A DNA stretch of 32,000 bases from Alkanindiges illinoisensis DSM 15370. GTDB taxonomy: Bacteria > Pseudomonadota > Gammaproteobacteria > Pseudomonadales > Moraxellaceae. Position 1 is the first letter of the stretch; each line of letters begins with the position of its first letter. Location: contig NZ_JHUX01000003.1 of the NCBI RefSeq assembly GCF_000619845.1, positions 1,570,064-1,602,063 on the forward strand. Reading direction: 5' to 3'. The notes under the pieces are model-generated. The model was not told the origin of the DNA. It saw only the letters and a program-made list of their open reading frames with translations, and did no database searches. Position numbers and translations under genes: made by a program. This document shows positions 23,755-32,000 of the stretch, one piece after another.

Positions 23755-24017
23755 GCTGCGCTCCAGATCAGCTTGCCCACGTTGCCACGGGCACGGTAAA
23801 TGATGACTGCCAGCAGTACTGCAAATACGGCATCCCATAAGGTGACAGGATCTTTAAAAAACAGGATATGAACGGTCTGGCCCATAAATGATGCTATTAA
23901 AAATGCAGCAAGCAAGGCATAACCAGAATGATGATTGCCAGCTGGGTTAAAGCAAATAATGCGGAAGCCACAAAACAGATATGCAGCTACTGCAATGAAT
24001 TGAAATAAGGCTTCCAT
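23751..24017 (-). CDS. Holin-like small membrane protein (3 TM)
   Basis: 88 aa with three hydrophobic helices and a charged C-terminus (YRARGNVGKL), directly upstream of the endolysin. Confidence 0.7.
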   Translation of the reverse strand: MEALFQFIAVAAYLFCGFRIICFNPAGNHHSGYALLAAFLIASFMGQTVHILFFKDPVTLWDAVFAVLLAVIIYRARGNVGKLIWSAA

Positions 24018-24382
24018 TATTTACCTCCATTTCTAAATGTAGTGAGTATGGTCGTAATGATGTCGATAATGCTGGATCGGTCAACCCAAGCCATAGCTTT
24101 TAATATAATGGGTACAGCAAAAATTGCTGCCAGCATAGCTGCTGTTGCATCGCTGGTAATATAAGTACGTGCTGTGACTTCAGGTGCCAGTAAGTAGCCA
24201 CAACCAGTTGAAAGCAACATGGTTAATAAACGAGACACAGCACGTAAATCTTTTTTGGTGGTAGCAAATAGTGCTGCACCTAGTACGGCACCCAATAAGG
24301 CATTGCCATTTACAAACGGCAAAAGTGATGCAACGCTGATGGCCAGTGCTGTAGTTGCGGTTGTTGTTGCTGGTTCTGCCAT
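24017..24382 (-). CDS. Holin/antiholin-like membrane protein
   Basis: I prefer ATG 24382 (MAEPATTT...) to the track TTG 24397. It has 3-4 hydrophobic helices and lies between X and the second holin-like gene. Confidence 0.6.
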   Translation of the reverse strand: MAEPATTTATTALAISVASLLPFVNGNALLGAVLGAALFATTKKDLRAVSRLLTMLLSTGCGYLLAPEVTARTYITSDATAAMLAAIFAVPIILKAMAWVDRSSIIDIITTILTTFRNGGK

Positions 24383-24387
24383 TTGTT

Positions 24388-24597
24388 CTAATTCCAAAGT
24401 TGTATGGTTTGTTTGGTTTGTTGTGGCGTTTCAATATCCGGCAGAATTACAGCAGTACCCATCGGTAAAAAGACACCCAGGCTTCCAATATCTGGATTGG
24501 CTGCAAGTACCAGCTCAACGACACCAGTGCTACGTCCGTAATAACGCCAGCAAATGGCATCAATGGTGTCATTCTGGACTGCAATAATGGTTTTCAT
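24388..24597 (-). CDS. X: Tail protein X (LysM-like)
   Basis: MKTIIAVQNDTIDAICWRYYGRSTGVVELVLAANP....LPMGTAVILPDI is nearly colinear with P2 gpX. Confidence 0.95.
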   Translation of the reverse strand: MKTIIAVQNDTIDAICWRYYGRSTGVVELVLAANPDIGSLGVFLPMGTAVILPDIETPQQTKQTIQLWN

Positions 24598-25046
24598 ATC
24601 AGCTCAACAACGGTATGGTTTTTGCCAAGAATCTGCTGAATGGCCCAATTCTTATTACGTCGGGATTCATCAATGCTGGGCGTGAGATCATCAGCACGCT
24701 TGTTACCACTGTTTGAGCTGTCATAACTGCGGTATTTTTCATTGACCTTGGCGGCTACTCCATTGGCCACTGCTGATAAATACAGGTAGTCGGTGTAGGG
24801 TTTACCCGCAATAAATCCCACTGAATAATGGGCCAGCGTTAGGGCTTCAGGCGTTTTTAGGCTAATCAACAAACGATTGACATCAATCACTTCTTCAATG
24901 GCAATCTGGTTTAATCGCTCGTTGGTGACAGTTCCTTCGATCCGCACGGTTTCTCGAATATCATCAAGAGTAATTTCTGGATAAAACGGGTCACTGCTGA
25001 TGGTGATCTGACTTGGTGTTTTATTGCCATTGGCGACAAAGCTCAT
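24594..25046 (-). CDS. L: Head completion/stabilisation protein L
   Basis: 150 aa, between M and X, overlapping X by 4 nt, as in P2. Confidence 0.85.
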   Translation of the reverse strand: MSFVANGNKTPSQITISSDPFYPEITLDDIRETVRIEGTVTNERLNQIAIEEVIDVNRLLISLKTPEALTLAHYSVGFIAGKPYTDYLYLSAVANGVAAKVNEKYRSYDSSNSGNKRADDLTPSIDESRRNKNWAIQQILGKNHTVVELI

Positions 25047-25077
25047 GATTTTGCCTTTAGAATTGGTGCACTGGTGG

Positions 25078-25126
25078 GAACAGTGGCTAAATGTGAATTA
25101 CGATGTAATGACACTTGCCACTGTTC
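25078..25126 (-). other. Compound stem-loop in the M-L intergenic region
   Basis: Perfect 10-bp inverted repeat GAACAGTGGC/GCCACTGTTC enclosing an inner hairpin ATTAC-gat-GTAAT. Confidence 0.5.
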
Positions 25127-25150
25127 GCCAGTGCGGTGCGTGGGCACTCG

Positions 25151-25888
25151 TTATGATGCGGGTGGTGCATCGTCATTGACGGCTGGTGTGTGGCGAGCAA
25201 TCAATTTATTGACATTGCCTAAATCGACCTTGCCACCACATTTATCATCCAGTTCAATTGCGCGGGTTAGTTCTGCCTTGGCCTCAAGCAGGGTCTGCAT
25301 ATCCACGCTGTTGATATCGCTAATCTGTCCAATTAGTGCCTTGCCGATTGCAAGATGCAGCTTGGCTTTTACCTGATCTGGCATATCCACATCAGCATCA
25401 GGCAATAAGCCTTCTAGCATTAGGTCAGACAATACAAGCAGGACAGACAGGTCAACGGCATGGTCTGCTTTGAGCTGCTTTAGATACTCGTTGCAGATAT
25501 TTTCAGTGACCAGTGTGGCAACATTACGCTCAAAGCGTTCGGGCATAGATAACTTATGCTGCAAGGCACAGGCGGCAATGCTCAATGCTTTTTTATAATC
25601 GCCAGTATCAATACACCAGACCAAAATGGTCATCAGGATGTCATCCTGCACACCAGTATTGGCTTCCAAAATCCCTTCAACATACGGCATATAAGTCGGT
25701 AGCAAGGCCTGCTTTAATTTGACTTTGCCCTCGGTGGACTGGATCTGCTTTAAACGCGCACGGTCATTGTTGAGCTGCAGCAATTGCAGCTCATACGCGT
25801 TTAGGTTTTGCATGCTGCCAAAGTCAGTGGCTTGTTCAGCCGCTACCTTGGCAGAATGTTTCTGGAAATGCTGACGGGCTAGGTTCAT
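25151..25888 (-). CDS. M: Terminase small (endonuclease) subunit M
   Basis: 245 aa. LLPTYMPYVEGILEANTGVQDDILMTILVWCIDTGDYKKAL.IA..AL parallels P2 gpM (LLPFWLPWVNGVLELGKGAQDDILMTVMLWRLDTGD). Confidence 0.9.
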   Translation of the reverse strand: MNLARQHFQKHSAKVAAEQATDFGSMQNLNAYELQLLQLNNDRARLKQIQSTEGKVKLKQALLPTYMPYVEGILEANTGVQDDILMTILVWCIDTGDYKKALSIAACALQHKLSMPERFERNVATLVTENICNEYLKQLKADHAVDLSVLLVLSDLMLEGLLPDADVDMPDQVKAKLHLAIGKALIGQISDINSVDMQTLLEAKAELTRAIELDDKCGGKVDLGNVNKLIARHTPAVNDDAPPAS

Positions 25889-25898
25889 GGCCTACTCC

Positions 25899-26903
25899 TT
25901 AAACCATCTCAATGTTTTCAGCCATTGCCATCAGGCCCAGATCTTCAATTACATAATCTTCATTGGAAGATTCGTAGTTTTCGATCTGGTCACGTTTTGG
26001 ATTATCAATCACGGTGCGGCGGCGTGCACCTTCTTGTGCATAAATGGACAGGTTATCAAAGGTGGTGACAATCAGTGCGCCTTCAGGGAAAAATGGTGCT
26101 GCATACAGTGGCAGGTTGCCCATACGCTTCTGGCTAATAATCAAATCAGCAGCCAATTTTTCTGAATTGTCCTGATCCTTATTAACGATTGGAAAATACT
26201 TGTCAGCTGCCAGCTTGCGGTTACAGATAACCACTAAGTCCGGGTTTTCCTGATGAACTTCATCAATCATTTCATCAACCAGGTTCATCACCAGCGCATC
26301 AAGGTTTTTATAGTCACCAGTTGCACCAATTTTGAGTTTGCCAGCGGTAGCACCTTCATCCAGTACACGTGAAGGATTTTCTTCACGCTGCTTTTGCAGC
26401 CAGCCTTTATTGACATCCTGCAATTTTGGATTGGCTACAATGTTAGTCGTTGAAGCAATGGACGTTCCATTAAAGCCAATCATGATACGGTCAAGGGCTT
26501 GACGCTTGATAATGACGCTACGGAAACGTGTGTAAAAATCTGGAAATTTCGCCCACTGATCCAGTTTTTGATACTTGATAGCCGTATCAAAATCAGTTTT
26601 GCGGCAAAAATACACACGCTCATCCAGACCAGTTGGGTCAGTGGCCTGACGATCCGTAGTATCGGTATTAGTACGGGATGCAATGGGACGGGAGATGCCC
26701 AGGCCTACGCGGGAACCGGACTGATCAGGAACTAAAAAAAAGTTAATTTTCTTCAGAAATTCGGAAGATTGCTGGATTTTTTCTTCCAGCTTTTGCTGCA
26801 CTGATGGTGCAACGGTAAATTTTTCACCAACATTAGCAACGCTATTAATGTTGGCCAACTTCACCATTGCAGCGGTATATTTTAATCGGGTTTCTGTACG
26901 CAT
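25899..26903 (-). CDS. N: Major capsid protein N
   Basis: 334 aa, between scaffold O and terminase M, with P2 gpN-like size and order. Confidence 0.9.
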   Translation of the reverse strand: MRTETRLKYTAAMVKLANINSVANVGEKFTVAPSVQQKLEEKIQQSSEFLKKINFFLVPDQSGSRVGLGISRPIASRTNTDTTDRQATDPTGLDERVYFCRKTDFDTAIKYQKLDQWAKFPDFYTRFRSVIIKRQALDRIMIGFNGTSIASTTNIVANPKLQDVNKGWLQKQREENPSRVLDEGATAGKLKIGATGDYKNLDALVMNLVDEMIDEVHQENPDLVVICNRKLAADKYFPIVNKDQDNSEKLAADLIISQKRMGNLPLYAAPFFPEGALIVTTFDNLSIYAQEGARRRTVIDNPKRDQIENYESSNEDYVIEDLGLMAMAENIEMV

Positions 26904-26978
26904 CTTAATTACTCTGTAATTTTGTCAATAAACTGGGGTTAATAAATCAGGGAATAAAAACCTGTGGTGAACTGCTAA

Positions 26979-27827
26979 TTAGCAGTCCACTTCTTCAGAA
27001 AAATTGCTGTTGCCTGCCACTGGGCGGCGTTGGCTAGAATCCGGGGTGTTTTCCAGCTGTTGTTTCAAATCATTAAAGCTGGTTTTCAGCTGCTCATGCT
27101 GTGCCTTTAATTCATTGAAATCATTACCAAGATTGGCTACAGCTTCGCCCTGCTCGGCAGTTTCTTGAGCAATAGCAAGAATGGCTTGCTCGCTATCAGA
27201 AAATTGCTCCTGCTCTGGTTTTTCTTCTTCTACCGTGAACATTTTTTTAACCTTGTCCACCAGGCCAGCTGAAAAAGATTTAACTTCCTTAACTTCTTCA
27301 AACTGGATGCTGGCTTCACAGGCAGCAGTAAACAGGTTGTCCTTGTGTTGCTTGCGGGATGCCAGCGGGTTCGTGGCAGCACCAGCAGCAAATTGCAGCA
27401 TGTCAGTGCCCAACGATGCCGGGCTGTCAGTTACAGCAAGGCCGACCAGATAGGCTTCACCGGTATTGGCAAAGTTTTCAGACACTTCAATGGATGTGTA
27501 AATTTTCTGCTTACGTTTGTTCAGCTCAATCAAGCTATCAGTGGGTTCAATCTGTACAAACAGCGCATCTTTTTCTTCACCGTTGATCGTGACTTTTTCA
27601 GTTTTCACGGCAATTACATCACCGTAGGCACCAAAAGCACTATCAGGATAAATTCCGCGTAAATGCTCTAACCAAACACGGGCACCGTAGGTTTTTGGGT
27701 TAAAATTTTTCGCCATTTGGATAATCCAACTGGCTTCAATCTGGCGGCCATCGCTGGTATCGCCAGCAGTGGCTACTTGAAACCAGTTGGACTTGAATTT
27801 TTTTTGCTGCTGCTTTTCTTTGCTCAT
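26979..27827 (-). CDS. O: Capsid scaffolding protein O
   Basis: I prefer ATG 27827 (MSKEKQQQKKFKSNWFQVATAGDTSDGRQIE) to track start 27986. It parallels P2 gpO (F.IGVEGDTCDGR.I...YG.R..LEHLRGI.PD...YGDV...YTS.E....FANTG..YLVGLAVTD.PASLGT). Confidence 0.9.
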   Translation of the reverse strand: MSKEKQQQKKFKSNWFQVATAGDTSDGRQIEASWIIQMAKNFNPKTYGARVWLEHLRGIYPDSAFGAYGDVIAVKTEKVTINGEEKDALFVQIEPTDSLIELNKRKQKIYTSIEVSENFANTGEAYLVGLAVTDSPASLGTDMLQFAAGAATNPLASRKQHKDNLFTAACEASIQFEEVKEVKSFSAGLVDKVKKMFTVEEEKPEQEQFSDSEQAILAIAQETAEQGEAVANLGNDFNELKAQHEQLKTSFNDLKQQLENTPDSSQRRPVAGNSNFSEEVDC

Positions 27828-27918
27828 GTGCAAACCTATTCGTAAACCGTATAAAAAAGGGTATTCGTCAATAGGTGCAGAATGAGCAATCAGGCATAAG
27901 GCCTGCAATTGCACTGGG

Positions 27919-27939
27919 TTGTTATAAATAGTTATACAA
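27919..27939. promoter_or_regulatory. Ogr-type activator dyad in the divergent PO/PP late promoter region
   Basis: TTGTtataaatagttatACAA, the same TTGT-N13-ACAA architecture as at PF and PV. It is centred 80 nt upstream of the P ATG and 102 nt upstream of the O ATG. Confidence 0.55.
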
Positions 27940-28008
27940 CCGCCTTGGACTGATAAATGGCTTGCGTGCTGCCAATGTTTGCACATTACAGCAAACCTTT
28001 ATTTTCCA

Positions 28009-29784
28009 ATGATTGAACTCTCACAACTGGCGAATTTAAACACGCTCCTGGATAACCGAAGCAAGGCCAAGTTTTTATACTGGCTGGGCTGGAAATTCGT
28101 GGATATTGCCAAAGTCCTAAATGAAAATGAAAAAACAGTGCAGGCATGGAAAGCCCGTGAAGACTGGGATGCGACCAAGCCCAATAGTCGGGTGTGTGAT
28201 GCGATTGAAGTGCGCCTGATCTGCCTGACGTTTAAAGATAAAAAATCAGGTGGCGACTTTAAGGAAATTGATTTATTGGGTCGGCAACTGGAACGCTTGG
28301 CACGGATTGAAAAATATAGTGATGGTGGCACTGAAGCTGACCTGAATCCCAATATTATTCGGCGTAATGCAGGCGATAAAAAGAAAAAAGCCACCAATGA
28401 ATTTACCCAGGAACAGGCGGATCAGCTGGTTATTGCCTTTGAAGAAAACCTGTTTGATTATCAATGGGATTGGTACAGGGCTGGCGATCAGCGCACCCGT
28501 GTCATTCTAAAAAGCCGCCAGATTGGTGCTACTTATTATTTTGCCCGTGAAGCCCTGGTGGATGCGGTACAAACCGGACGTAATCAGATTTTCCTGTCAG
28601 CATCCAAAGCCCAGGCGCATATTTTCAAGAATTATATTAAACGCTTTGCCCTTGATAGCTGCGGTGTGGAATTAACTGGCGATCCTATTATTCTGCCCAA
28701 TGGGGCTGAGATGACATTTCTAGGAACCAATGCCAGAACCGCCCAGGGCCATCACGGTAATTTTTATTTTGATGAATTTTTCTGGACGTATGGTTTTAAT
28801 GAATTAAACAAGGTCGCGTCCGGCATGGCCATGCACAAGAAATGGCGCAAAACCTATTTTTCTACACCATCCACCATGACACACCAGGCTTATGATTTCT
28901 GGACTGGTGAGAGATCCAATAAAGGTCGACCCAAGGATAAGCGCATTACCCTTGATGTCTCACATGATGCCTTAAAGCGTGGCCGTACCTGTGAGGATCG
29001 CAAATGGCGGCAAATTGTCACTCTGCTGGATGCTGAAGCCGGTGGCTGTGATTTGTTTGATATTGATGAATTACGCTTGGAATATTCAGCTGAAGAGTTT
29101 GCCAACTTACTGATGTGTGAGTTTGTGGATGATGGTCAGTCTATTTTTCCACTGAACTTGCTGCAGCCGTGCATGGTGGATAGCTGGGAAGTATGGCGTG
29201 AAGATTATAAACCATTACATGCCCGTCCTTTTGCCAGCCGCCCCGTATGGGTTGGTTATGATCCGGCTGAATCTGGGGACAGCGCCGGATTAATTGTATT
29301 GGCTCCCCCAGCTGTGGCTGGTGGCAAGTTCCGGGTACTGGAACGCCATCAGTTCCGTGGACTGGATTTTAAGGCACAGGCAGAACATATCCGGCAAATT
29401 ACACTACGTTATTATGTTAGTTATGTTGGCATTGATACAACTGGCATGGGTACTGGTGTTGCCCAGCTGGTGCGCCAGTTCTTCCCTGCTGTCACTACAT
29501 TCAAATATAGCCCTGAAGTTAAAACCCAGCTGGTTTTAAAAACCCTGGATGTTGTCCGCAATGGACGACTGGAATTTGATGCCGGTAATACCGATATTGC
29601 TTCATCCCTGATGAGCATCAAAAAAACCATGACACCAGGCCAACGGCAAATGACCTTCGTGGCTGGACGATCCGAAGAAACCGGACACGCCGATTTAGCC
29701 TGGGCACTTATGCACGCGATTTATAACGAGCCACTAGAAGGCTTAACCCAAACCAATTCATCCATTCTGGAAATTTATTCATGA
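28009..29784 (+). CDS. P: Terminase large (ATPase) subunit P
   Basis: I prefer ATG 28009 to the track TTG 27979. AKFLYWLGW...IAKVL......VQAWKAREDWD matches the P2 gpP N-terminus. ILKSRQIGATYYFA is a terminase ATPase motif. Confidence 0.9.
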   Translation: MIELSQLANLNTLLDNRSKAKFLYWLGWKFVDIAKVLNENEKTVQAWKAREDWDATKPNSRVCDAIEVRLICLTFKDKKSGGDFKEIDLLGRQLERLARIEKYSDGGTEADLNPNIIRRNAGDKKKKATNEFTQEQADQLVIAFEENLFDYQWDWYRAGDQRTRVILKSRQIGATYYFAREALVDAVQTGRNQIFLSASKAQAHIFKNYIKRFALDSCGVELTGDPIILPNGAEMTFLGTNARTAQGHHGNFYFDEFFWTYGFNELNKVASGMAMHKKWRKTYFSTPSTMTHQAYDFWTGERSNKGRPKDKRITLDVSHDALKRGRTCEDRKWRQIVTLLDAEAGGCDLFDIDELRLEYSAEEFANLLMCEFVDDGQSIFPLNLLQPCMVDSWEVWREDYKPLHARPFASRPVWVGYDPAESGDSAGLIVLAPPAVAGGKFRVLERHQFRGLDFKAQAEHIRQITLRYYVSYVGIDTTGMGTGVAQLVRQFFPAVTTFKYSPEVKTQLVLKTLDVVRNGRLEFDAGNTDIASSLMSIKKTMTPGQRQMTFVAGRSEETGHADLAWALMHAIYNEPLEGLTQTNSSILEIYS

Positions 29785-30836
29785 ATCCATTTTCATCAGC
29801 AAAAAATCTGCTGTCCACAGCATTAAGTCATTTACCAGCAACAGTACAGCCTGCCCTACCCAGCCATAAAGCAGAAGCATTTACCTTTGGTGATCCAGTA
29901 CCAGTGAATGATGGCCGTGAGCTGCTGGACTATATGGAGTGCTGGTTTAATGGCCGTTTTTACGAACCACAGGTCAGCATGAATGGCTTGGCCAAAACCT
30001 TTAAAGCCACGCCATATTTATCCAGTGGCATTATTTTCAAGCGTAATTTTCTGGCCAATCTGTTTATTCCCCACCGATTGCTAAAACGTAAAGCCTTTGA
30101 ACAGGTAGCACTGGACTTTATCTGGTGTGGTAATGCGTATCTTGAGAAAATCCCATCACGTCTGGGATCAACCATGAGCTATCAGCCAGCCCTGGCTAAA
30201 TATATGCGCCGTGGTGAATATGATGACCAGTTCTTTATGTTGAATCTAAGCCATACCGGTTATCAGGAATATGAGTTCAAGCCTGGCAGTGTTTGCCATA
30301 TCAAGGAAACGGACATCGATCAGGAAATTTACGGCACACCAGAATATATTTCAGTGTTACAAAGTGCTTGGCTTAATGAAGCCGCTACTTTATTCCGGCG
30401 CAAGTATTACAACAATGGCAGCCATGCCGGTTTTATTATGTATGTGAATGACCCAGCCAATGATCCTGATGACATTACCGCATTACGTCAGGCCTTAAAG
30501 GAAAGTAAAGGTCCAGGCAACTTCCGTAACCTGTTCTTCTATAGTCCCAATGGCAAGAAGGATGGCATCCAGATTATTCCAGTATCAGAAATCGCGGCCA
30601 AGGATGATTTTGCCCATATTAAATCCATATCACGTGATGATGTATTGGCAGGCATCCGGGTGCCACCACAACTGATGGGCATTATCCCCAGTAACACAGG
30701 TGGCTTTGGAGATCCAAAGACAGCACGTGATGTATTCTACCAGAATGAAATTATTCCTCTGCAGTCACGCTTGATGCAGTTTAATGAATGGGCAGGTGAA
30801 GAAATCATCCGGTTTAAGGAATTGCCAACGCTATAA
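29781..30836 (+). CDS. Q: Portal protein Q
   Basis: 351 aa with an ATGA overlap with P. It is the last gene before the cos-proximal region, as in P2. Confidence 0.85.
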   Translation: MNPFSSAKNLLSTALSHLPATVQPALPSHKAEAFTFGDPVPVNDGRELLDYMECWFNGRFYEPQVSMNGLAKTFKATPYLSSGIIFKRNFLANLFIPHRLLKRKAFEQVALDFIWCGNAYLEKIPSRLGSTMSYQPALAKYMRRGEYDDQFFMLNLSHTGYQEYEFKPGSVCHIKETDIDQEIYGTPEYISVLQSAWLNEAATLFRRKYYNNGSHAGFIMYVNDPANDPDDITALRQALKESKGPGNFRNLFFYSPNGKKDGIQIIPVSEIAAKDDFAHIKSISRDDVLAGIRVPPQLMGIIPSNTGGFGDPKTARDVFYQNEIIPLQSRLMQFNEWAGEEIIRFKELPTL

Positions 30837-30850
30837 GCAGAACCAATAAA

Positions 30851-30880
30851 AAATCCCTCGATATTTGAGGGATTTTTTTT
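30851..30880 (+). terminator. Rho-independent terminator of the P-Q operon
   Basis: AAATCCCTC-gatattt-GAGGGATTT followed by a T-run. Confidence 0.85.
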
Positions 30881-30936
30881 GCCCAAAGAAAATGCACCAC
30901 AATGGGGCATCAGGCAACCAGCTGACCTGGCTCCGG

Positions 30937-30955
30937 GCAGTTGCCCCACCCCACC
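30937..30955. other. Candidate cos cohesive-end core
   Basis: GCAGTTGCCCCACCCCACC lies about 100 nt after the Q stop. It matches 12/19 positions, in the same orientation relative to Q, of the P2 cos sequence as I recall it (complement of GGCGAGGCGGGGAAAGCAC). It is the only GC-rich patch in this interval. Confidence 0.35.
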
Positions 30956-31203
30956 TGCGTTGTCTAAATAGGGCTGTTTTACTGCAAGACCAGATAAGCC
31001 AAAAAATTAGGGAAAAGTACGCTGGTATTAGGGCTTTTAAGAGAAATATATGTTTTTTCTGTACTGCATTTTACGACACCACCCTACATTCGCTGAACTG
31101 ACAAAAATTCGCTCATTTTAGGCAGTCTTACAAAGCATATTGGTATCACCAGTAAAAGATAAAAGACCATAGGAATGTTTGTAATGAGGGATTAGCAAGA
31201 ATT

Positions 31204-31458
31204 TGAAGTAATAAAGTAATAACTAGACTTAAACTGCTGATTTTATTAATAAACATATATTACATTTTGAAGTATTTTTTTGTAATTTTATAAGTAATAT
31301 TTTATAAGTATCTGTTTTTACTATAAATATATATTAGTAGGTATTGCCTTTTTATACAGTAATAAGTTACTTCAATATTACCTCATTGTTACTTCACTGA
31401 TTAGCTGCATCTTATTGTTTATATTATGGTATTTAAAAAATATTACTTTATTACCTCA
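31204..31458. repeat. AT-rich region with opposed arrays of a ~9-bp iteron (TGAAGTAAT / RTTACYTCA)
   Basis: Plus-orientation copies are at 31204-31212, 31214-31220, 31268-31275, 31291-31298 and 31305-31310. Inverted copies are at 31366-31374, 31377-31385 and 31388-31396 (exact 11-bp phasing), plus 31442-31450 and 31450-31458. A 12-bp direct repeat ATTTTATAAGTA occurs at 31285-31296 and 31299-31310. Confidence 0.6.
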
Positions 31459-31628
31459 AAAAAACGCTAGTCCCCAACTTTTTTCAGACTCCCAAAATCT
31501 GGCTGTTTTGGTGGTTTTTCATTCAAAACTTTTAAAAACGATGGGAATGGAATGGGAATAGAAAGGCAGCTACTAGCAACGTACTAATACACTAACTTGC
31601 TGTTTTACAATGCTTTATAATCAGGAAA

Positions 31629-31705
31629 TGGGGTGGCTAATGGGACTCGAACCCACGACAACCGAGATCACAACCCGGGGCTCTACCAACTGAGCTATAG
31701 CCACC
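31629..31705 (-). tRNA. tRNA-His (GUG), with G-1 and encoded CCA
   Basis: The reverse complement GGTGGCTATAGCTCAGTTGGTAGAGCCCCGGGTTGTGATCTCGGTTGTCGTGGGTTCGAGTCCCATTAGCCACCCCA folds as a cloverleaf. It is near-identical to enterobacterial tRNA-His. Confidence 0.95.
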
Positions 31706-31763
31706 ATAGACAATGCAAGATGCATTATTTTGATGCTTTAATATAAAAGCTGGCGGCATGATG

Positions 31764-31840
31764 TGGCGCGCCTGACAGGATTCGAACCTGTGACCACCCG
31801 CTTAGAAGGCGGGTGCTCTATCCAACTGAGCTACAGGCGC
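31764..31840 (-). tRNA. tRNA-Arg (UCU)
   Basis: The reverse complement is GCGCCTGTAGCTCAGTTGGATAGAGCACCCGCCTTCTAAGCGGGTGGTCACAGGTTCGAATCCTGTCAGGCGCGCCA. The anticodon loop is CTTCTAA. Confidence 0.95.
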
Positions 31841-31908
31841 ATGATTGCTGATGCCTAACAAGTGTTTAGGTTATCACGCGGCTGCACTACAATAAACCGC
31901 CGATTAAC

Positions 31909-31985
<77 letters not shown>

Positions 31986-32000
31986 ATCATCTCAGCTTGT

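Larger units (their letters stand above)
1..31628. mobile_element. P2-like prophage, left end truncated by the window: immunity switch, cargo island, ogr, tail, lysis and head modules, cos-proximal region
   Basis: Gene order ogr-D-U-T-E-FII-FI-(G)-H-I-J-W-V-S-R-lysis-X-L-M-N-O with divergent P-Q is colinear with coliphage P2. Several products carry recognisable P2 protein motifs. The right end abuts tRNA genes. Confidence 0.85.

Noticed and set aside
23755-23838. N-terminal extensions of track ORFs for the endolysin (23838), scaffold O (27986), terminase P (TTG 27979), fibre H (TTG 16662), holin-like protein (TTG 24397) and repressor (GTG 427)
   Set aside because: In each case an internal ATG gives a better RBS or an ATGA/TAATG coupling to the upstream gene, and an N-terminus that matches the P2 homologue. 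The extensions overlap neighbouring genes or promoter regions.
30865-31101. 78-aa ORF downstream of the portal gene
   Set aside because: It starts inside the P-Q terminator and runs across the candidate cos core. It has no RBS and its composition is unconvincing.

Overview
Positions 1 to about 31,628 are one P2-like temperate myovirus prophage, cut off at the left edge of the window. To its right lies a host tRNA-Pro/Arg/His cluster on the minus strand (31,629-31,985). The host is Gram-negative and probably gammaproteobacterial; a Moraxellaceae or Acinetobacter-like origin is only a guess.

From left to right the window holds:
- An immunity switch: two ribbon-helix-helix (RHH) early genes on the minus strand, an inverted-repeat operator, and an XRE/CI-type repressor on the plus strand.
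- A two-gene minus-strand operon of unknown function with a highly structured upstream region.
- A visibly AT-rich cargo island of about 6 kb (1,910-7,940).
- ogr, followed by a complete P2-ordered late region on the minus strand: D, U, T, E/E+E' (a verifiable TTTTTTG -1 frameshift), FII, FI, a fibre chaperone, an H-like fibre, an extra 899-aa fibre, I, J, W, V, S, R, endolysin, two holin-like proteins, X, L, M, N, O.
- Divergent P (terminase) and Q (portal) on the plus strand, a terminator, a candidate cos core and an AT-rich iteron-bearing region.

Three TTGT-N13-ACAA dyads sit where the P2 late promoters PF, PV and PP/PO are expected.

The main lead is the cargo island. It sits between ogr and the immunity region, where P2 itself carries attP-int, and no integrase is visible in this window. 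Three same-orientation copies of a 29-bp imperfect-palindrome repeat with dif/Xer-like architecture split it into three modules:
- (A) A 310-aa protein with an N-terminal nucleoside 2-deoxyribosyltransferase-like (TIR-related) domain.
- (B) A translationally coupled pair of membrane proteins: one with two TM helices and a periplasmic domain, the other with a coiled coil and a TM hairpin.
- (C) A secreted Excalibur-domain miniprotein plus a 904-aa SIR2_2-domain protein with a long helical-repeat tail, resembling DSR proteins.

I interpret these as candidate anti-phage defence cassettes, with modules A and B most likely undescribed. All homology statements come from motif and synteny recognition by eye; no searches were run.
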